From positions 243,640 to 307,639 of the forward strand of contig JBBAWH010000001.1 in assembly GCA_040397235.1 (NCBI GenBank): a DNA stretch of 64,000 nt, written 5' to 3'. The DNA is from Candidatus Limnocylindrus sp. (GTDB lineage Bacteria; Chloroflexota; Limnocylindria; Limnocylindrales; Limnocylindraceae). Of this stretch, positions 1-10,683 are shown in pieces. The position numbers and the translations under genes were made by a program. The stretch's first letter is position 1. Every line of letters starts with the position of its first letter. The notes beneath the pieces were generated by a model. The model saw only the letters and a program-made list of their open reading frames with translations, was not told the origin of the DNA and did not search any database.

Positions 1-820
1 TCGTGCCAGCACCATTCATCACCTTCAACGCGGAGCGCACAATAACTCTGAACTCATTGGCCACCGGAACCATGTCCGCGATGCCGCCAACCATGGCGAG
101 CACGGAGAGCTCTGCCAAGAGCTCACGGCGTTGTGGGTGATCGGCAAGTACTCCTTGGGCAATCTTGAAGGCGAGCCCACTCCCCGCCAAATGTGGGAAC
201 GGATAGATTGAATCAGGTCGATTTGGATTCACCAACCAGGCCGCCTGTGCCGGCTCAGGCGGCACAGCGTGGTGATCGATGATGCCAACGAGAATCCCTG
301 CCTCCAACGCCTTGGCCACGCGTGCACGATCGGCGGTGCCGCAGTCAACTGCGAGGATCAGTTCAACGCCGTCTTCGAGTGCGGCGGCGATCGCCCCCTC
401 AGGGATGCCGTGGCCATCGCCGTCACGTTGCGGGATGTAGCCCTCGGCGATTGCACCAATAGCGCGAAGTGCTCGAATTATGATCGCCGCCCCAGTGATT
501 CCGTCAGCATCAAAGTCGCCAACTACAAGAACGGGCTCCCCCTCTGCGCCGGCGGCACGAAGGCGCGCGATGAGGCCGGTCGCATCAGGGAGGAGGCGCG
601 GATCGTGCAGGGTGCGATCGTTGCGGTCGAGGAATTGGCGCGCGCGGTTCGGATCAGCCAAGCCGCGACTATGAAGGAGTGTCGCAAGCGAGAGGTGCAG
701 GTTCTTGGGGATCAGCAGGTCTGCGAAGAGTTGCAGGAGCTCTGCGCTCGCCTGGAGTTCGCCGTCGGCGGCAGGATGAAGGGTCGCGACCGGCTCAAGG
801 CGCCAGGCCCGCGCTGGCAC
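1..820 (-). CDS. recJ: Single-stranded-DNA-specific exonuclease RecJ, N-terminal part (gene runs off the window start)
   Basis: Minus-strand translation gives ...PVLVVGDFDADGITGAAI...LILAVDCGTADRARVAKALEAGILVGIIDHH..NPNRPDSIYPF..SGLAFKIAQGV, i.e. DHH-family motifs I-III of RecJ. A GTG start lies 1 nt after the secF stop (TAG-G-GTG). Confidence 0.8.
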   Translation of the reverse strand, partial: MPARAWRLEPVATLHPAADGELQASAELLQLFADLLIPKNLHLSLATLLHSRGLADPNRARQFLDRNDRTLHDPRLLPDATGLIARLRAAGAEGEPVLVVGDFDADGITGAAIIIRALRAIGAIAEGYIPQRDGDGHGIPEGAIAAALEDGVELILAVDCGTADRARVAKALEAGILVGIIDHHAVPPEPAQAAWLVNPNRPDSIYPFPHLAGSGLAFKIAQGVLADHPQRRELLAELSVLAMVGGIADMVPVANEFRVIVRSALKVMNGAGT

Positions 821-821
821 C

Positions 822-1811
822 CTACGCCGTGCGGGTTCGAGCCGCTGCCGCCTTGCGCGCCTGAGCGCGCTCCTCCCACCAAACTAGAAGTGGGCTGGCG
901 AAAAAGATCGAAGAGTACGTTCCCGACAGGATGCCGACGAAAAGGATGAGCACAAACGTACGAATCGAACCGCCGGCGAAGACGAGCAGGGTGAGCAGCG
1001 TAATCAACACGGTAGCCGTGGTGTTGAACGACCGACCCAGCGTCTGCACGATCGAGTGGTTGACGATATCGCCGAATGGGGCACCTGCGTGGCGCACCAG
1101 GTTCTCACGGATACGGTCAAACACCACAATCGTGTCGTGCACCGAGAAGCCGATGATCGTGAGCATGGCGGTCACAAAGAGGGCATCGATCTCAATCCCC
1201 GCAACGGTGCCGGCGATCGCGAAGAAACCCACCGTGACGATGACGTCATGGAGGAGCGCCGCGAGAGCTGCCATGCCGAACCGAAGGTTGCGGAAGCGGT
1301 AGGTCATCCAGAGCACGATGCCAATCGAGCCGAGCACAACGAGAAGGAGCGCCTGCTGTGTCAGGTCTTGGCTGATCACGGGGCCAACCGTCGAGACAGA
1401 GCCCTCCTCGGCAATCGGTCCAACAGCCGCAATGACCGCCTCGCGAATGGCCTGGAGTTCAGCGCCCGCGTTATCAATCTGATCTTGTCCAGCCTGCAGG
1501 TCGAGCGGCTTCGTGCGCACAATCAGGAAGCCGGTTCCAGCTTCGGTGACCGTCGCCTCTTCGTGGCCGGCGCTGGCGACTGCCGCCTGCACTACCAGCG
1601 GATCGGCTGGGCTCTCTGGCCGGAACTCCCAGATGGTGCCGCCCGTGTAGTCAATGGAGAACTTCAGCCCAATCGAGCCGCCCGAGAAGGGGGTCGCCAG
1701 CGTAAATAGCAGGCCAGGGATAGTGATAAGAATTGAGAAGACGAAGAACCAGCGCTTGCGCGCAATGATCTTATCCATTGATCGCCCCCCGATCGAGTGC
1801 GTCGAGGTCAC
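822..1811 (-). CDS. secF: Protein translocase subunit SecF
   Basis: 329-aa ORF with multiple TM segments and SecF-like sequence. It overlaps the secD end. An alternative ATG at 1778 with a G-rich RBS would cut the overlap to 8 nt. Confidence 0.9.
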   Translation of the reverse strand: MTSTHSIGGRSMDKIIARKRWFFVFSILITIPGLLFTLATPFSGGSIGLKFSIDYTGGTIWEFRPESPADPLVVQAAVASAGHEEATVTEAGTGFLIVRTKPLDLQAGQDQIDNAGAELQAIREAVIAAVGPIAEEGSVSTVGPVISQDLTQQALLLVVLGSIGIVLWMTYRFRNLRFGMAALAALLHDVIVTVGFFAIAGTVAGIEIDALFVTAMLTIIGFSVHDTIVVFDRIRENLVRHAGAPFGDIVNHSIVQTLGRSFNTTATVLITLLTLLVFAGGSIRTFVLILFVGILSGTYSSIFFASPLLVWWEERAQARKAAAARTRTA

Positions 1812-3159
1812 CCTTCGCCACTCCGTAGAGGTACGGCGAGGAGAAGCGCTTACGCGCGATTACGGCGCGCAGGATCAGGCGCGTCACGGTTACGGCGGTA
1901 AACAGTGAGCAGAGCACGCCGATGATGAGCACCAGCGCGAAGCCCTTAATCGTTGACGAGCCGAAGTAGAAGAGGATGAACGCGGTGATCAAGCTTGAAA
2001 CGTTCGAATCAAGGATGGAGTTCCAGGCTCGGCTGAATCCAGCCTCCACTGCAGGGACGATCCCCTTCCCAATACGCAACTCCTCTTTCGTGCGCTCAAA
2101 GATCAGGATGTTCGCATCCACCGCCATGCCGATGGAGAGGACAAAGCCAGCGATGCCAGCGAGAGTCAGCGTGACGGGGACGAGTCGGAAGATCGCCAAG
2201 ACGATGATCACGTAGAAGATCAAGGCGACGTTAGCGACGGCACCAGCTACGCGGTAGTGCAAGAGCATGAAGAGGAAGACGAGCAAGATCCCGACGGCGC
2301 CGGCGAAGAGCGCTTGGCCGAGGAAGGACGCGCCGAGGGTCGCCTTCACGTCGGTGACACCAATCTCTGCGATCGGGAATGGAAGGGAGCCGAATTTTAG
2401 GATCGTGACAAGATTCGTCGCCTCGTCTACTGCGAAGCCGGCCGCGCCAGGACCCGAGATCTGCGCCTCGCCGCCAGTGATCGCGCTCTGAATGTATGGG
2501 GCCGACTTCACGGCACCGTCGAGAACGATCGCAAAGTAGGAGCCGATGTTCGCCTTTGTCCAGGTGGCGAAGAGCTCTGAGCCCTCCGACTTCAGCTTGA
2601 ACGAGACAACGCGCCGTCCGGTCTCATCAATCTGTACGGCCGAAGACTCAATCTGGTCACCAGAGAAGAGCGCCTTCAGGGTTGTGTCGCTGAGCGTCTC
2701 ACCCTCGCCGGGTACCGGCTTTACGCCGTCGGTAGGCTGGCCCGTCGCCGTGTTAAAGAAGCCGTAGACCTCGCGCGGAAGTGGCACAAGGTCGAGGCGA
2801 CCGGTTGTGCCAAGCAGGGCGCGGATGGAGTCAGGATTGGTGACACCAGGCAGCTCGACCACGATGCGGTCGCTCCCCTGCGTCTGCACGAGCGGCTCTG
2901 AGACACCGGTGCTGTTGACGCGACGCTCAATGATGTCGCGGATGGTGGCGAGATCAGCAGCGGTAGCGCTGATGCCGTCAACTGGCTGCACCTGATACTC
3001 AACGCGTAGCCCACCGCGCAGGTCGAGGCCAAGCTTGGTCTCAATTGGACGCGTGCCACCGGCTGTTCCGCTGGCGGGGAGACTCAGATTTGGAAGTAGG
3101 TCAATAGCCAGCGCCAGAAGGGCTGTGGCCAGGATCAGGTACGGGGTGAACTTACGCAT
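1771..3159 (-). CDS. secD: Protein translocase subunit SecD
   Basis: 462-aa ORF with an N-terminal signal/TM, a periplasmic domain and a C-terminal 6-TM SecD/SecF family region. Confidence 0.9.
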   Translation of the reverse strand: MRKFTPYLILATALLALAIDLLPNLSLPASGTAGGTRPIETKLGLDLRGGLRVEYQVQPVDGISATAADLATIRDIIERRVNSTGVSEPLVQTQGSDRIVVELPGVTNPDSIRALLGTTGRLDLVPLPREVYGFFNTATGQPTDGVKPVPGEGETLSDTTLKALFSGDQIESSAVQIDETGRRVVSFKLKSEGSELFATWTKANIGSYFAIVLDGAVKSAPYIQSAITGGEAQISGPGAAGFAVDEATNLVTILKFGSLPFPIAEIGVTDVKATLGASFLGQALFAGAVGILLVFLFMLLHYRVAGAVANVALIFYVIIVLAIFRLVPVTLTLAGIAGFVLSIGMAVDANILIFERTKEELRIGKGIVPAVEAGFSRAWNSILDSNVSSLITAFILFYFGSSTIKGFALVLIIGVLCSLFTAVTVTRLILRAVIARKRFSSPYLYGVAKGDLDALDRGAING

Positions 3160-3196
3160 TGCCGAGAATCCTAGCAGGGGCGCCCGTCAGCCCCTT

Positions 3197-5101
3197 TCAG
3201 CCACGATCCGCGCCGAGGGCCGATAGGATCCGTGCGGCAAGGGCATCATCTACCCCTGCGACCTCGGTGAGAGCCTCAACGGGGGCGGCGGCGATCCCCG
3301 CCGCTGATCCGAACCGACGCAGGAGCGCCTTTCGCTTCGTTGGGCCGAGCCCACGGATGCCGTCGAGCCGGCTCGCCGTCGCCGCTCGACTGCGCAGCGT
3401 GCGGTGATAGCCGATCGCAAACCGATGTGCCTCATCGCGAAGCCGTTGCAGAAGGCGCAGCCCAGGATCGGTGGCGGGGAGAAGAATCGGCGCGGAGGCG
3501 TCGCGCGGCCAGAGCTCTTCGCGCTCCTTGGCAAGACCGACGAGAGGGATTGTTAAACCTGCAGCATCCAGAACGGCGGCGGCGGCAGAGACCTGCCCGC
3601 GACCACCATCGATGACAAGAAGGTCGGGCAGGCTCCAAGCGCGTAACTCAGCCTCACCACTCCGTTGGGTCCCATCCGCCACGGATCGGGCGAAGCGACG
3701 CGTGAGCGCTTCCGCGTGTGCCGCGAAGTCATCCTGCCCAGTCACCCCCTTAATACGGAAGCGGCGGTACTCCTTCGGCGCAAGCTGACCCTCTTGTGCC
3801 ACGGTTAGCGACGAGACGGTGAATGCTCCCTGAATAGTGCTCACATCGACGCACTCAATGCGCGCCGGCGATGCATCGAGGTTGAGCGCGACGGCGAGCG
3901 CTGAGAGCGCCGCGTCGGCACGCTCACGATCGGCGTCCTCTTCGGCCTCGCGACGAATGAGCCACTCCTCTGCGTTGCGTTCGGCCAGCCGCAGGATCCG
4001 CGCCCGATCACCACGCTGCGGCACGCGCATCTCAACGCGACCCTCGCGACGCGCCGAGAGGAACTCAAGGATCTCCGGGTCACTCCGCTCTGCAGCAGTC
4101 GCAATTGAGGGTGGGATCTCGCCTGCACGTGCGTAGTAGCTTGCAGCAAAGCCTGCGAGGAGCTCTGAGTCACCTGAATCCCCAGCCTCCACTCGATGCA
4201 CATCGCGTCCCACCAGTGCTGAGTCACGAATCTGGAAACAGGCGATGGCAATGTGGCGTCCGTGGCGAGCGATCCCCAGCACATCCTCGTCAGGTCGCCC
4301 TGAGGTCGGCACCTTCTGTTCGTCAAACGTTGTCTCTAGGGAGAGCACCGCATCGCGGATACGCGCGGCGTCTTCAAACGCTTCGCGCTCGGCGGCAGAC
4401 TCCATGCGTGTGGTGAGCATGGTGATGGCGGCGCGGGAGCGACCACCGAGGAAGAGTTGCACCCCGTCAATCTCACGCTGGTAGTCGGCCACCGGGATGT
4501 TGCCGAGGCAGGGGCCCTGGCAGCGCTTCAAGTCATAGAGGAGACAGGGGCGCTCTAGTGCGCGCTCCATCGGCTTGATTGAGATCTCGCAGGTGCGAAA
4601 TTGAAAGAGGCGCTTGATCGCCTCCATGGCAGCATTCACCGAACCGGGTGTGGTGTATGGGCCGAAGTAGCGTGAGCCATCGCGCACGAGTCGCCGAGTG
4701 CGCTCCACACGTGGATACGGATCTGCCGTGACGCGAATGTAGGGGTAGCTGCGATCGTCACGAAGACGGATGTTGTACTTGGGGAGATGCCGCCGCACGA
4801 GTGTGGCCTCGAGGAGGAGCGCCTCCTTCGTGGAGTCGGTGACCGTCCAGTCAAGTGTGGCAACCTCTGCAATCGCATCGCGAATGCGGTGTGCGCCTGG
4901 CTCCCCACCCGCCTGCCAGTAGCTGCGAACGCGTTTGGTGAGGTGCGTCGCCTTGCCGACGTAGATGATCTTTCCTGCACTATCCGAGAAGAGGTAGACA
5001 CCGGGCGCGTCAGGGAGAACCTTGAGCGCCGCCGCGATTGCGTCGGGGACGCTTGGCGCCGGGAGCCGCTCAGGCGCCATCACGCGCCCCAGTACGACCA
5101 C
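3197..5101 (-). CDS. uvrC: Excinuclease ABC subunit C
   Basis: GIY-YIG N-terminus (PGVYLFSDSAGKIIYVGKA..RVRSYW), UvrBC-interaction and C-terminal HhH regions, 634 aa. The start could also be the Met at 5080. Confidence 0.9.
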   Translation of the reverse strand: MVVLGRVMAPERLPAPSVPDAIAAALKVLPDAPGVYLFSDSAGKIIYVGKATHLTKRVRSYWQAGGEPGAHRIRDAIAEVATLDWTVTDSTKEALLLEATLVRRHLPKYNIRLRDDRSYPYIRVTADPYPRVERTRRLVRDGSRYFGPYTTPGSVNAAMEAIKRLFQFRTCEISIKPMERALERPCLLYDLKRCQGPCLGNIPVADYQREIDGVQLFLGGRSRAAITMLTTRMESAAEREAFEDAARIRDAVLSLETTFDEQKVPTSGRPDEDVLGIARHGRHIAIACFQIRDSALVGRDVHRVEAGDSGDSELLAGFAASYYARAGEIPPSIATAAERSDPEILEFLSARREGRVEMRVPQRGDRARILRLAERNAEEWLIRREAEEDADRERADAALSALAVALNLDASPARIECVDVSTIQGAFTVSSLTVAQEGQLAPKEYRRFRIKGVTGQDDFAAHAEALTRRFARSVADGTQRSGEAELRAWSLPDLLVIDGGRGQVSAAAAVLDAAGLTIPLVGLAKEREELWPRDASAPILLPATDPGLRLLQRLRDEAHRFAIGYHRTLRSRAATASRLDGIRGLGPTKRKALLRRFGSAAGIAAAPVEALTEVAGVDDALAARILSALGADRG

Positions 5102-5417
5102 GGAGTGCCTCGCGGCGATTCAGGATGCGCAGGATCTCGTCGAGCGCCTCGCGGAGCTCGATCACCGCCTCACCAGAGGCGATATCGGCAAGGCCATTCC
5201 CTGGCCCAAGGGCGGCGCGGACGGCCACAACACCCTTGCGCAGCGCTGCTCCGTGGGCGTCGCGGAGCTGCGTCGTCCAGGCGCGGTACGGCAGGAATCT
5301 GGCTCGGGCGCGTTCGTCACTCAGCTCATCAAGGATTCGCTCAAGGAGTTGCGCCGCGCGCAGTCCGGCTTGGTCGAGTGCTGGATCGGCATGTCGAGGG
5401 AGGTGCGCCTCAGCCAT
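5070..5417 (-). CDS. Hypothetical small helical protein (115 aa) between uvrA and uvrC
   Basis: The ATG lies 2 nt after the uvrA stop, with a GGAG Shine-Dalgarno 5 nt upstream. It fills an otherwise 318-bp gap in a very compact operon. I recognise no homology. Third-position GC is lower than in neighbouring genes, so coding status is uncertain. Confidence 0.3.
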   Translation of the reverse strand: MAEAHLPRHADPALDQAGLRAAQLLERILDELSDERARARFLPYRAWTTQLRDAHGAALRKGVVAVRAALGPGNGLADIASGEAVIELREALDEILRILNRREALRGRTGARDGA

Positions 5418-5419
5418 CG

Positions 5420-8329
5420 CTACTCCAGCGAGTGGATCGGCTCGCCCTTCAGCGCAAGGGCGAGATAGCGACCGGTATGGCTGCGCTTCACCTTTACAAC
5501 CTGCTCAGGCGTCCCCTCTGCGATGAGTTCGCCACCGCGGCTTCCGCCGTCGGGTCCAAGATCGATCACCCAGTCTGCGGTCTTGATCACATCAAGGTTG
5601 TGCTCGATCACGATGACGCTGTTGCCGCCATCAACAAGTCGATGCAGAACATGCAGCAGGCGATCGACATCGGCGAAGTGCAGCCCCGTGGTTGGCTCGT
5701 CGAGGATGTACATCGTGCGGCCGGTTGAGCGACGGGCTAACTCTGTGGCGAGCTTGACCCGCTGCGCCTCGCCGCCCGAGAGCGTCGTTGCCGACTGCCC
5801 GAGGCGGAGATAGCCGAGGCCCACCTCGCTCAGCGTCTTGAGGCGATTACGAATCGCGGGCACTGCGAAGAAGCGCTCGAGCGCATCCTCCACCTGCAGC
5901 TCCAGCACATCGGCAATCGTCATCCCCTTCCAGGTCACCTCGAGCGCCTCGCGGTTGTAGCGCTTCCCCTGGCACGTTTCGCAGGGCACGTACACGTCGG
6001 GGAGGAACTGCATCTCAATCTGCAAGATGCCGTCGCCAGAACAGGTCTCGCAGCGGCCACCCTTGACGTTGAAGGAGAAGCGGCCGGCCGCATAGCCGCG
6101 GAGGCGTGCCTCTTGCGTGGCGGCGAAGAGCTCGCGGATCGGCGTGAAGAGACCGACGTAGGTGGCAGGATTCGAGCGCGGCGTACGGCCGATTGGGCTC
6201 TGGTCAATCTCAATCACCTTGTCGATCTCGTCGAGGCCCGTGATCCTATCGTGCGCCCCTGGTCGCTCTTTCGCGCCGTGCAACCTGCGCGCGAGCGCCT
6301 TCTGCAGGATGTCGGTGACGAGGGTGCTCTTGCCGCTCCCCGAGACGCCCGTCACGGCAACGAATTCGCCGAGCGGGAAGGCGACGTCGATCTCGCGCAG
6401 GTTGTGCTCCCGCGCCCCCTTGACCGTGATCGCCTTGCCACTCCCCTTGCGGCGCGTCTTCGGCACCACCACCGAGCGGTCACCACGAAGGTAGGCGCCA
6501 GTAATGGAGTCCTTCGCTTCAAGGAGCTCCTTGAATGTGCCGTTGGAAATCAAGCGACCGCCATGTTCGCCTGCGCCGGGTCCAATATCTACGACCCAGT
6601 CGGCCGTACGAATCGTCTCTTCGTCATGCTCAACCACCAGCACCGTATTGCCGAGGTCGCGCAGCCGAATCAGCGTGGCGATCAGGCGAGCGTTATCACG
6701 CTGGTGCAGGCCGATCGATGGCTCATCAAGGATGTAGAGGACGCCGACCAACCGTGACCCGATCTGCGTTGCCAGGCGAATGCGCTGTGCCTCGCCGCCC
6801 GAGAGCGTGGTAGCAGAGCGATCAACGGTGAGATAGTCGAGGCCAACGTCAACGAGGAAGCCGGCGCGCTCACTGATCTCCTTAATCACCGCCTTGGCGA
6901 TCGTGCGTTCGCGCTCACCGAGCGCTTTGGAGAGGGTGTTGATCCACGGCACCAGCTCGCCGATCGGCATGGAGGCTACTTCAGCAATATTGCGCCCGTC
7001 CACGCGTACGGCGAGGATCTCAGGCTTCAGGCGGCGACCCTTGCAGTCGGGGCAGGGCCTACTCACCATGTAGCGCTCAATCTCTACGCGCACCAACTCT
7101 GATTCCGTCTCTTTGTGTCGGCGCTCAAGGTTCGCGATGATCCCCTCAAAGGCAGCCTTATAGGTATTGCTGTAACTCGAGTTCTCGTAGGTCACCGTGT
7201 AGCGATCCTCACGCTCGGCGTGCAGCAGGTAGTCGAGTGCACCCTTCGGGAGATCGCCCAGCGGCGTCTTGGGATTCCACTTGTTCGCCTTCATCGCTGC
7301 AGTGACCACTTTCAAGTACCAGCTCCCCTCTGGTGAGCGGGACCACGGGATCAAGCCGCCGGTGAGCACCGACTTCTCTGGATCAATCACGCGCTCCTCG
7401 TCGACCTCAAGGCGGAAGCCGAGCCCGGTGCAGGTTTCGCAGGCGCCGTGCGGGGAGTTAAAGCTGAACGAACGCGGCTGCAGGTCGTCGATCACCGTAC
7501 CGTCGTAGGCGCAGCCGAGCTTCTCGCTGAAGAGTCGCTCTTCAAAGGCTGGCTTCTCTTTCTCGGCTGGGGCGGGGGCAACAATGGCGAGTCCCTCTCC
7601 CAGTTTGATCGCCGTCTCTACAGAGTCGGCGAGTCGGCTGCGATCAGGGATCGGCAGAGGCTTCCCCTTCTCATCCACGGGATGCTGGACAACAAAGCGA
7701 TCGACGATGACTTCAATGGAGTGGCGCTTCTTCTTGTCGAGCTTCGGCAGATCATCGGCACTGAGATCGTACTGGACGCCATCAACGCGCACGCGGCTGA
7801 ATCCGGACTTTCGCGCCGCCTCATACATGCGCTCCCCCTCGCTCTTGCGATCGCGAAGGAGTGGGCCAAGCACGAGGATGCGTGTGCCGTCAGGGAGCTT
7901 GAGGATCTCTTCAACGATCTGGTCGAGCGAGACGCGACTGATCGGACGGTCGCACTTTGGGCAGTGCGGGGTTCCGGCACGCGCGTAGAGGAGTCGAAAG
8001 TGGTCCCAGATCTCGGTGATCGTGCCGACGGTCGAACGCGGATTGCGCGACGACCCCTTCTGGTCAATAGAGATGGCTGGCGAGAGGCCATCAATGGAAT
8101 CGACGTCGGGCTTCTCCATCTGCCCAAGGAACTGGCGTGCGTAGGCGGAGAGGCTCTCGACGTAGCGGCGCTGACCTTCGGCGTAGATCGTGTCGAAGGC
8201 GAGGCTCGACTTACCCGAGCCAGAGATGCCGGTGACAACGACGAGCTGGTCCCGTGGAATGTCGAGGTCGATTCCCTTGAGGTTGTGCTCGCGGGCGCCG
8301 CGAACGGAGATCTTGTTCTGTCCCACCAC
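5420..8329 (-). CDS. uvrA: Excinuclease ABC subunit A
   Basis: 969 aa with two ABC ATPase modules ([12 protein letters not shown] / [11 protein letters not shown]) and zinc-finger CxxC pairs. The start codon overlaps the uvrB stop. Confidence 0.95.
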   Translation of the reverse strand: MVGQNKISVRGAREHNLKGIDLDIPRDQLVVVTGISGSGKSSLAFDTIYAEGQRRYVESLSAYARQFLGQMEKPDVDSIDGLSPAISIDQKGSSRNPRSTVGTITEIWDHFRLLYARAGTPHCPKCDRPISRVSLDQIVEEILKLPDGTRILVLGPLLRDRKSEGERMYEAARKSGFSRVRVDGVQYDLSADDLPKLDKKKRHSIEVIVDRFVVQHPVDEKGKPLPIPDRSRLADSVETAIKLGEGLAIVAPAPAEKEKPAFEERLFSEKLGCAYDGTVIDDLQPRSFSFNSPHGACETCTGLGFRLEVDEERVIDPEKSVLTGGLIPWSRSPEGSWYLKVVTAAMKANKWNPKTPLGDLPKGALDYLLHAEREDRYTVTYENSSYSNTYKAAFEGIIANLERRHKETESELVRVEIERYMVSRPCPDCKGRRLKPEILAVRVDGRNIAEVASMPIGELVPWINTLSKALGERERTIAKAVIKEISERAGFLVDVGLDYLTVDRSATTLSGGEAQRIRLATQIGSRLVGVLYILDEPSIGLHQRDNARLIATLIRLRDLGNTVLVVEHDEETIRTADWVVDIGPGAGEHGGRLISNGTFKELLEAKDSITGAYLRGDRSVVVPKTRRKGSGKAITVKGAREHNLREIDVAFPLGEFVAVTGVSGSGKSTLVTDILQKALARRLHGAKERPGAHDRITGLDEIDKVIEIDQSPIGRTPRSNPATYVGLFTPIRELFAATQEARLRGYAAGRFSFNVKGGRCETCSGDGILQIEMQFLPDVYVPCETCQGKRYNREALEVTWKGMTIADVLELQVEDALERFFAVPAIRNRLKTLSEVGLGYLRLGQSATTLSGGEAQRVKLATELARRSTGRTMYILDEPTTGLHFADVDRLLHVLHRLVDGGNSVIVIEHNLDVIKTADWVIDLGPDGGSRGGELIAEGTPEQVVKVKRSHTGRYLALALKGEPIHSLE

Positions 8330-10683
8330 TACCCCCTTCGCTTCGGCCGCTCGCCGCGGCGCTTGATCACATTCGGCGTCACGCTTGGATCCCAGGTGCG
8401 GCGACGTACGGGCGCCTCCGTCACTGGGGCCGAGCCCGCATCGGGGATCGTACCCGTCTCCTCCTCATGCTCGTCACGGAGCCCTGGGAGCCAGTCGGCG
8501 GCTGTATCGAGCGCCGGGGCGAGGAGTGTGCGGGCGGCGGCGCCGATCCCCTGCGCGGCTGTCTTTGCGGGACCAGTTCGGCGGCCTCCACCCTGTGCTT
8601 CGCGAGCCGCACGCTCTGCTGCGCGCTCAATCGCCGTCGCCGCATCCTCCTCGAGCACCGAGGTTCGGAGCATACGGATCTCATCGCGAATGGCCGCCGC
8701 GCGCTCAAACTCGAGTGCCTTGGAGGCGATCTGCATCTGCGCCTCGAGTTGCTTCACGAGCTTCTCGATCTCGCTGCGTCCAACCTCACTCAAGGCACCG
8801 CCGCGCTTCCCGCCGGCATAGGTGTCCGCCTTTTCGGCAACGCTCTTGAGCCGATCGTTTAGGTCACGGATCGGCTTCGAGATGGTGGTGGCGGTGATGC
8901 CGTGATCGATATTCCACTGCTCCTGGATCGCGCGTCGTCGATCCGTCTCAGAGATCGCCACCTTCATGGACTCGGTCATCTTGTCGGCGTAGAAGACGAC
9001 CTCGCCCCCCGTATTGCGCGCCGCGCGTCCAACCGTTTGGATGAGTGCCCACGCTGAACGCAGGAAGCCCTCCTTGTCGGCATCGAGAATCGCCACCAGC
9101 GTCACCTCAGGAAGGTCGATCCCCTCGCGGAGCAGGTTGATCCCCACGATCACGTCGAAGACGCCGAGGCGCAGGTCGCGCAGGATCTCGATGCGCTCGA
9201 GCGTGTCGATCTCGCTATGGAGGTAGCGCACACGGATCCCCGCCTCTTCAAGGTACGACGAGAGCTCTTCGGCCATACGCTTCGTGAGTGTCGTAACGAT
9301 CACGCGCTCCTTCTTCTTCACGCGACCTTGGATGCGCTCGAGGAGATCGTCAATCTGCCCCTTCGTCGGGAGCACGGTGATGTGAGGGTCGACCACCCCT
9401 GTTGGGCGGATCAGCTGTTGCACCACCTTGTCTGCTCGTTCTCGTTCATAGCTGCCAGGCGTTGCCGACACATAGATTGCCTGTCGCACGCTCGTCTCGA
9501 ACTCCTCAAAGGTGAGTGGTCGATTGTCGAGCGCACTCGGCAGTCGGAAGCCGAAGTCGACGAGGATCTCTTTTCGCGAGCGGTCGTTCTTGTACATGCC
9601 CACGACCTGCGGGATGCTCATGTGGCTCTCATCAACGACGAGGAGCCAATCGGCTGGGAAGTAGTCGAGCAGCGTCCATGGTCGGGAGCCGGGCTCACGG
9701 CGCGAGAGGTGGCGCGAATAGTTCTCGATCCCTGAACAGAAGCCAACCTCGCGCATCATCTCCAAGTCGAAGGTGGTGCGCTGGCGCAGGCGTGCAGCCT
9801 CGAGGACCTTCCCGGTCGCCTCTAGCTCGCGACAACGCCCCTCCATCTCCACCTCAATGTCGCGAATTGCCTCGGAGAGCTTCGCCGCTGGCGTCACATA
9901 GTGAGTAGCCGGATAGATCGTCATCTCGTTCCGCTCTGCAAGGATCTCCCCCGTCAGCGGATCCACTTCGGCGATTCGTTCTACCTCGTCACCGAAGAAC
10001 TCCACACGCAGGATTGTCTCCTCGCCAGCGGGCTGCACCTCGAGCGTGTCGCCGCGCACACGGAACTTGGCGCGGCCGAGGGTGGCATCGTTGCGCTGGT
10101 ACTGCAGGTCGACGAGGTGGCGCAGGATGGCATCGCGGCGATACTTCCCCGACTTGCGCACCTTGAGCACGGTTGCGCCGTAGTCGACCGGCGCGCCAAG
10201 ACCGTAGATGCAGGAGACCGACGCCACGATGATCGTGTCGCGACGCTCAAAGAGCGCCTTAGTAGCGGCGTGTCGCAGCTGGTCAATCTCATCATTGCGA
10301 CTGGAGTCTTTCTCGATGTAGGTGTCTGATCGTGGGAGGTAGGCCTCCGGTTGGTAGTAGTCGAAATAGGAGACGAAGTATTCAACAGCGTTCTCGGGAA
10401 AGAACCCCTTCAGCTCGGCATAGAGCTGGGCGGCGAGCGTCTTGTTATGCGCAAGGACGAGCGTTGGCCGCTGCACCTGCTGAATCACGTTGGCAATGGT
10501 GAAGGTCTTCCCTGTTCCTGTTGCTCCGAGGAGGACCTGGTGATGGAGTCCATCGGTGAGCCCTTGGACGAGCTCGGTGATGGCGGTTGGCTGGTCACCT
10601 GTTGGGACGAAGTCGGAGCGCAAGGCGAAGGGGCGCCCCGCGGAGGGGGCCAGTTCAGCCGTGGGTTCAGTCGATGGATTCAC
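8329..10683 (-). CDS. uvrB: Excinuclease ABC subunit B, with a ~100-aa low-complexity C-terminal extension
   Basis: [14 protein letters not shown]...[12 protein letters not shown] helicase motifs and a C-terminal UVR domain (IRDEIRMLR). The ORF extends upstream to 10842, but the conserved N-terminus supports the GTG at 10683, overlapping the coaE stop by 17 nt. Confidence 0.9.
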   Translation of the reverse strand: MNPSTEPTAELAPSAGRPFALRSDFVPTGDQPTAITELVQGLTDGLHHQVLLGATGTGKTFTIANVIQQVQRPTLVLAHNKTLAAQLYAELKGFFPENAVEYFVSYFDYYQPEAYLPRSDTYIEKDSSRNDEIDQLRHAATKALFERRDTIIVASVSCIYGLGAPVDYGATVLKVRKSGKYRRDAILRHLVDLQYQRNDATLGRAKFRVRGDTLEVQPAGEETILRVEFFGDEVERIAEVDPLTGEILAERNEMTIYPATHYVTPAAKLSEAIRDIEVEMEGRCRELEATGKVLEAARLRQRTTFDLEMMREVGFCSGIENYSRHLSRREPGSRPWTLLDYFPADWLLVVDESHMSIPQVVGMYKNDRSRKEILVDFGFRLPSALDNRPLTFEEFETSVRQAIYVSATPGSYERERADKVVQQLIRPTGVVDPHITVLPTKGQIDDLLERIQGRVKKKERVIVTTLTKRMAEELSSYLEEAGIRVRYLHSEIDTLERIEILRDLRLGVFDVIVGINLLREGIDLPEVTLVAILDADKEGFLRSAWALIQTVGRAARNTGGEVVFYADKMTESMKVAISETDRRRAIQEQWNIDHGITATTISKPIRDLNDRLKSVAEKADTYAGGKRGGALSEVGRSEIEKLVKQLEAQMQIASKALEFERAAAIRDEIRMLRTSVLEEDAATAIERAAERAAREAQGGGRRTGPAKTAAQGIGAAARTLLAPALDTAADWLPGLRDEHEEETGTIPDAGSAPVTEAPVRRRTWDPSVTPNVIKRRGERPKRRG

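Noticed and set aside
269-949. 226-aa + strand ORF at the window start
   Set aside because: It is codon-aligned antisense to the recJ N-terminal coding region (DHH motifs read on the minus strand) and overlaps secF. The Arg/Ala/Gly-rich product is typical of spurious high-GC antisense ORFs.
7448-8821. 457-aa + strand ORF
   Set aside because: Antisense to the uvrA/uvrB junction. The product is low-complexity and Arg/Ser/Ala-rich. The opposite strand carries unmistakable UvrA and UvrB motifs.
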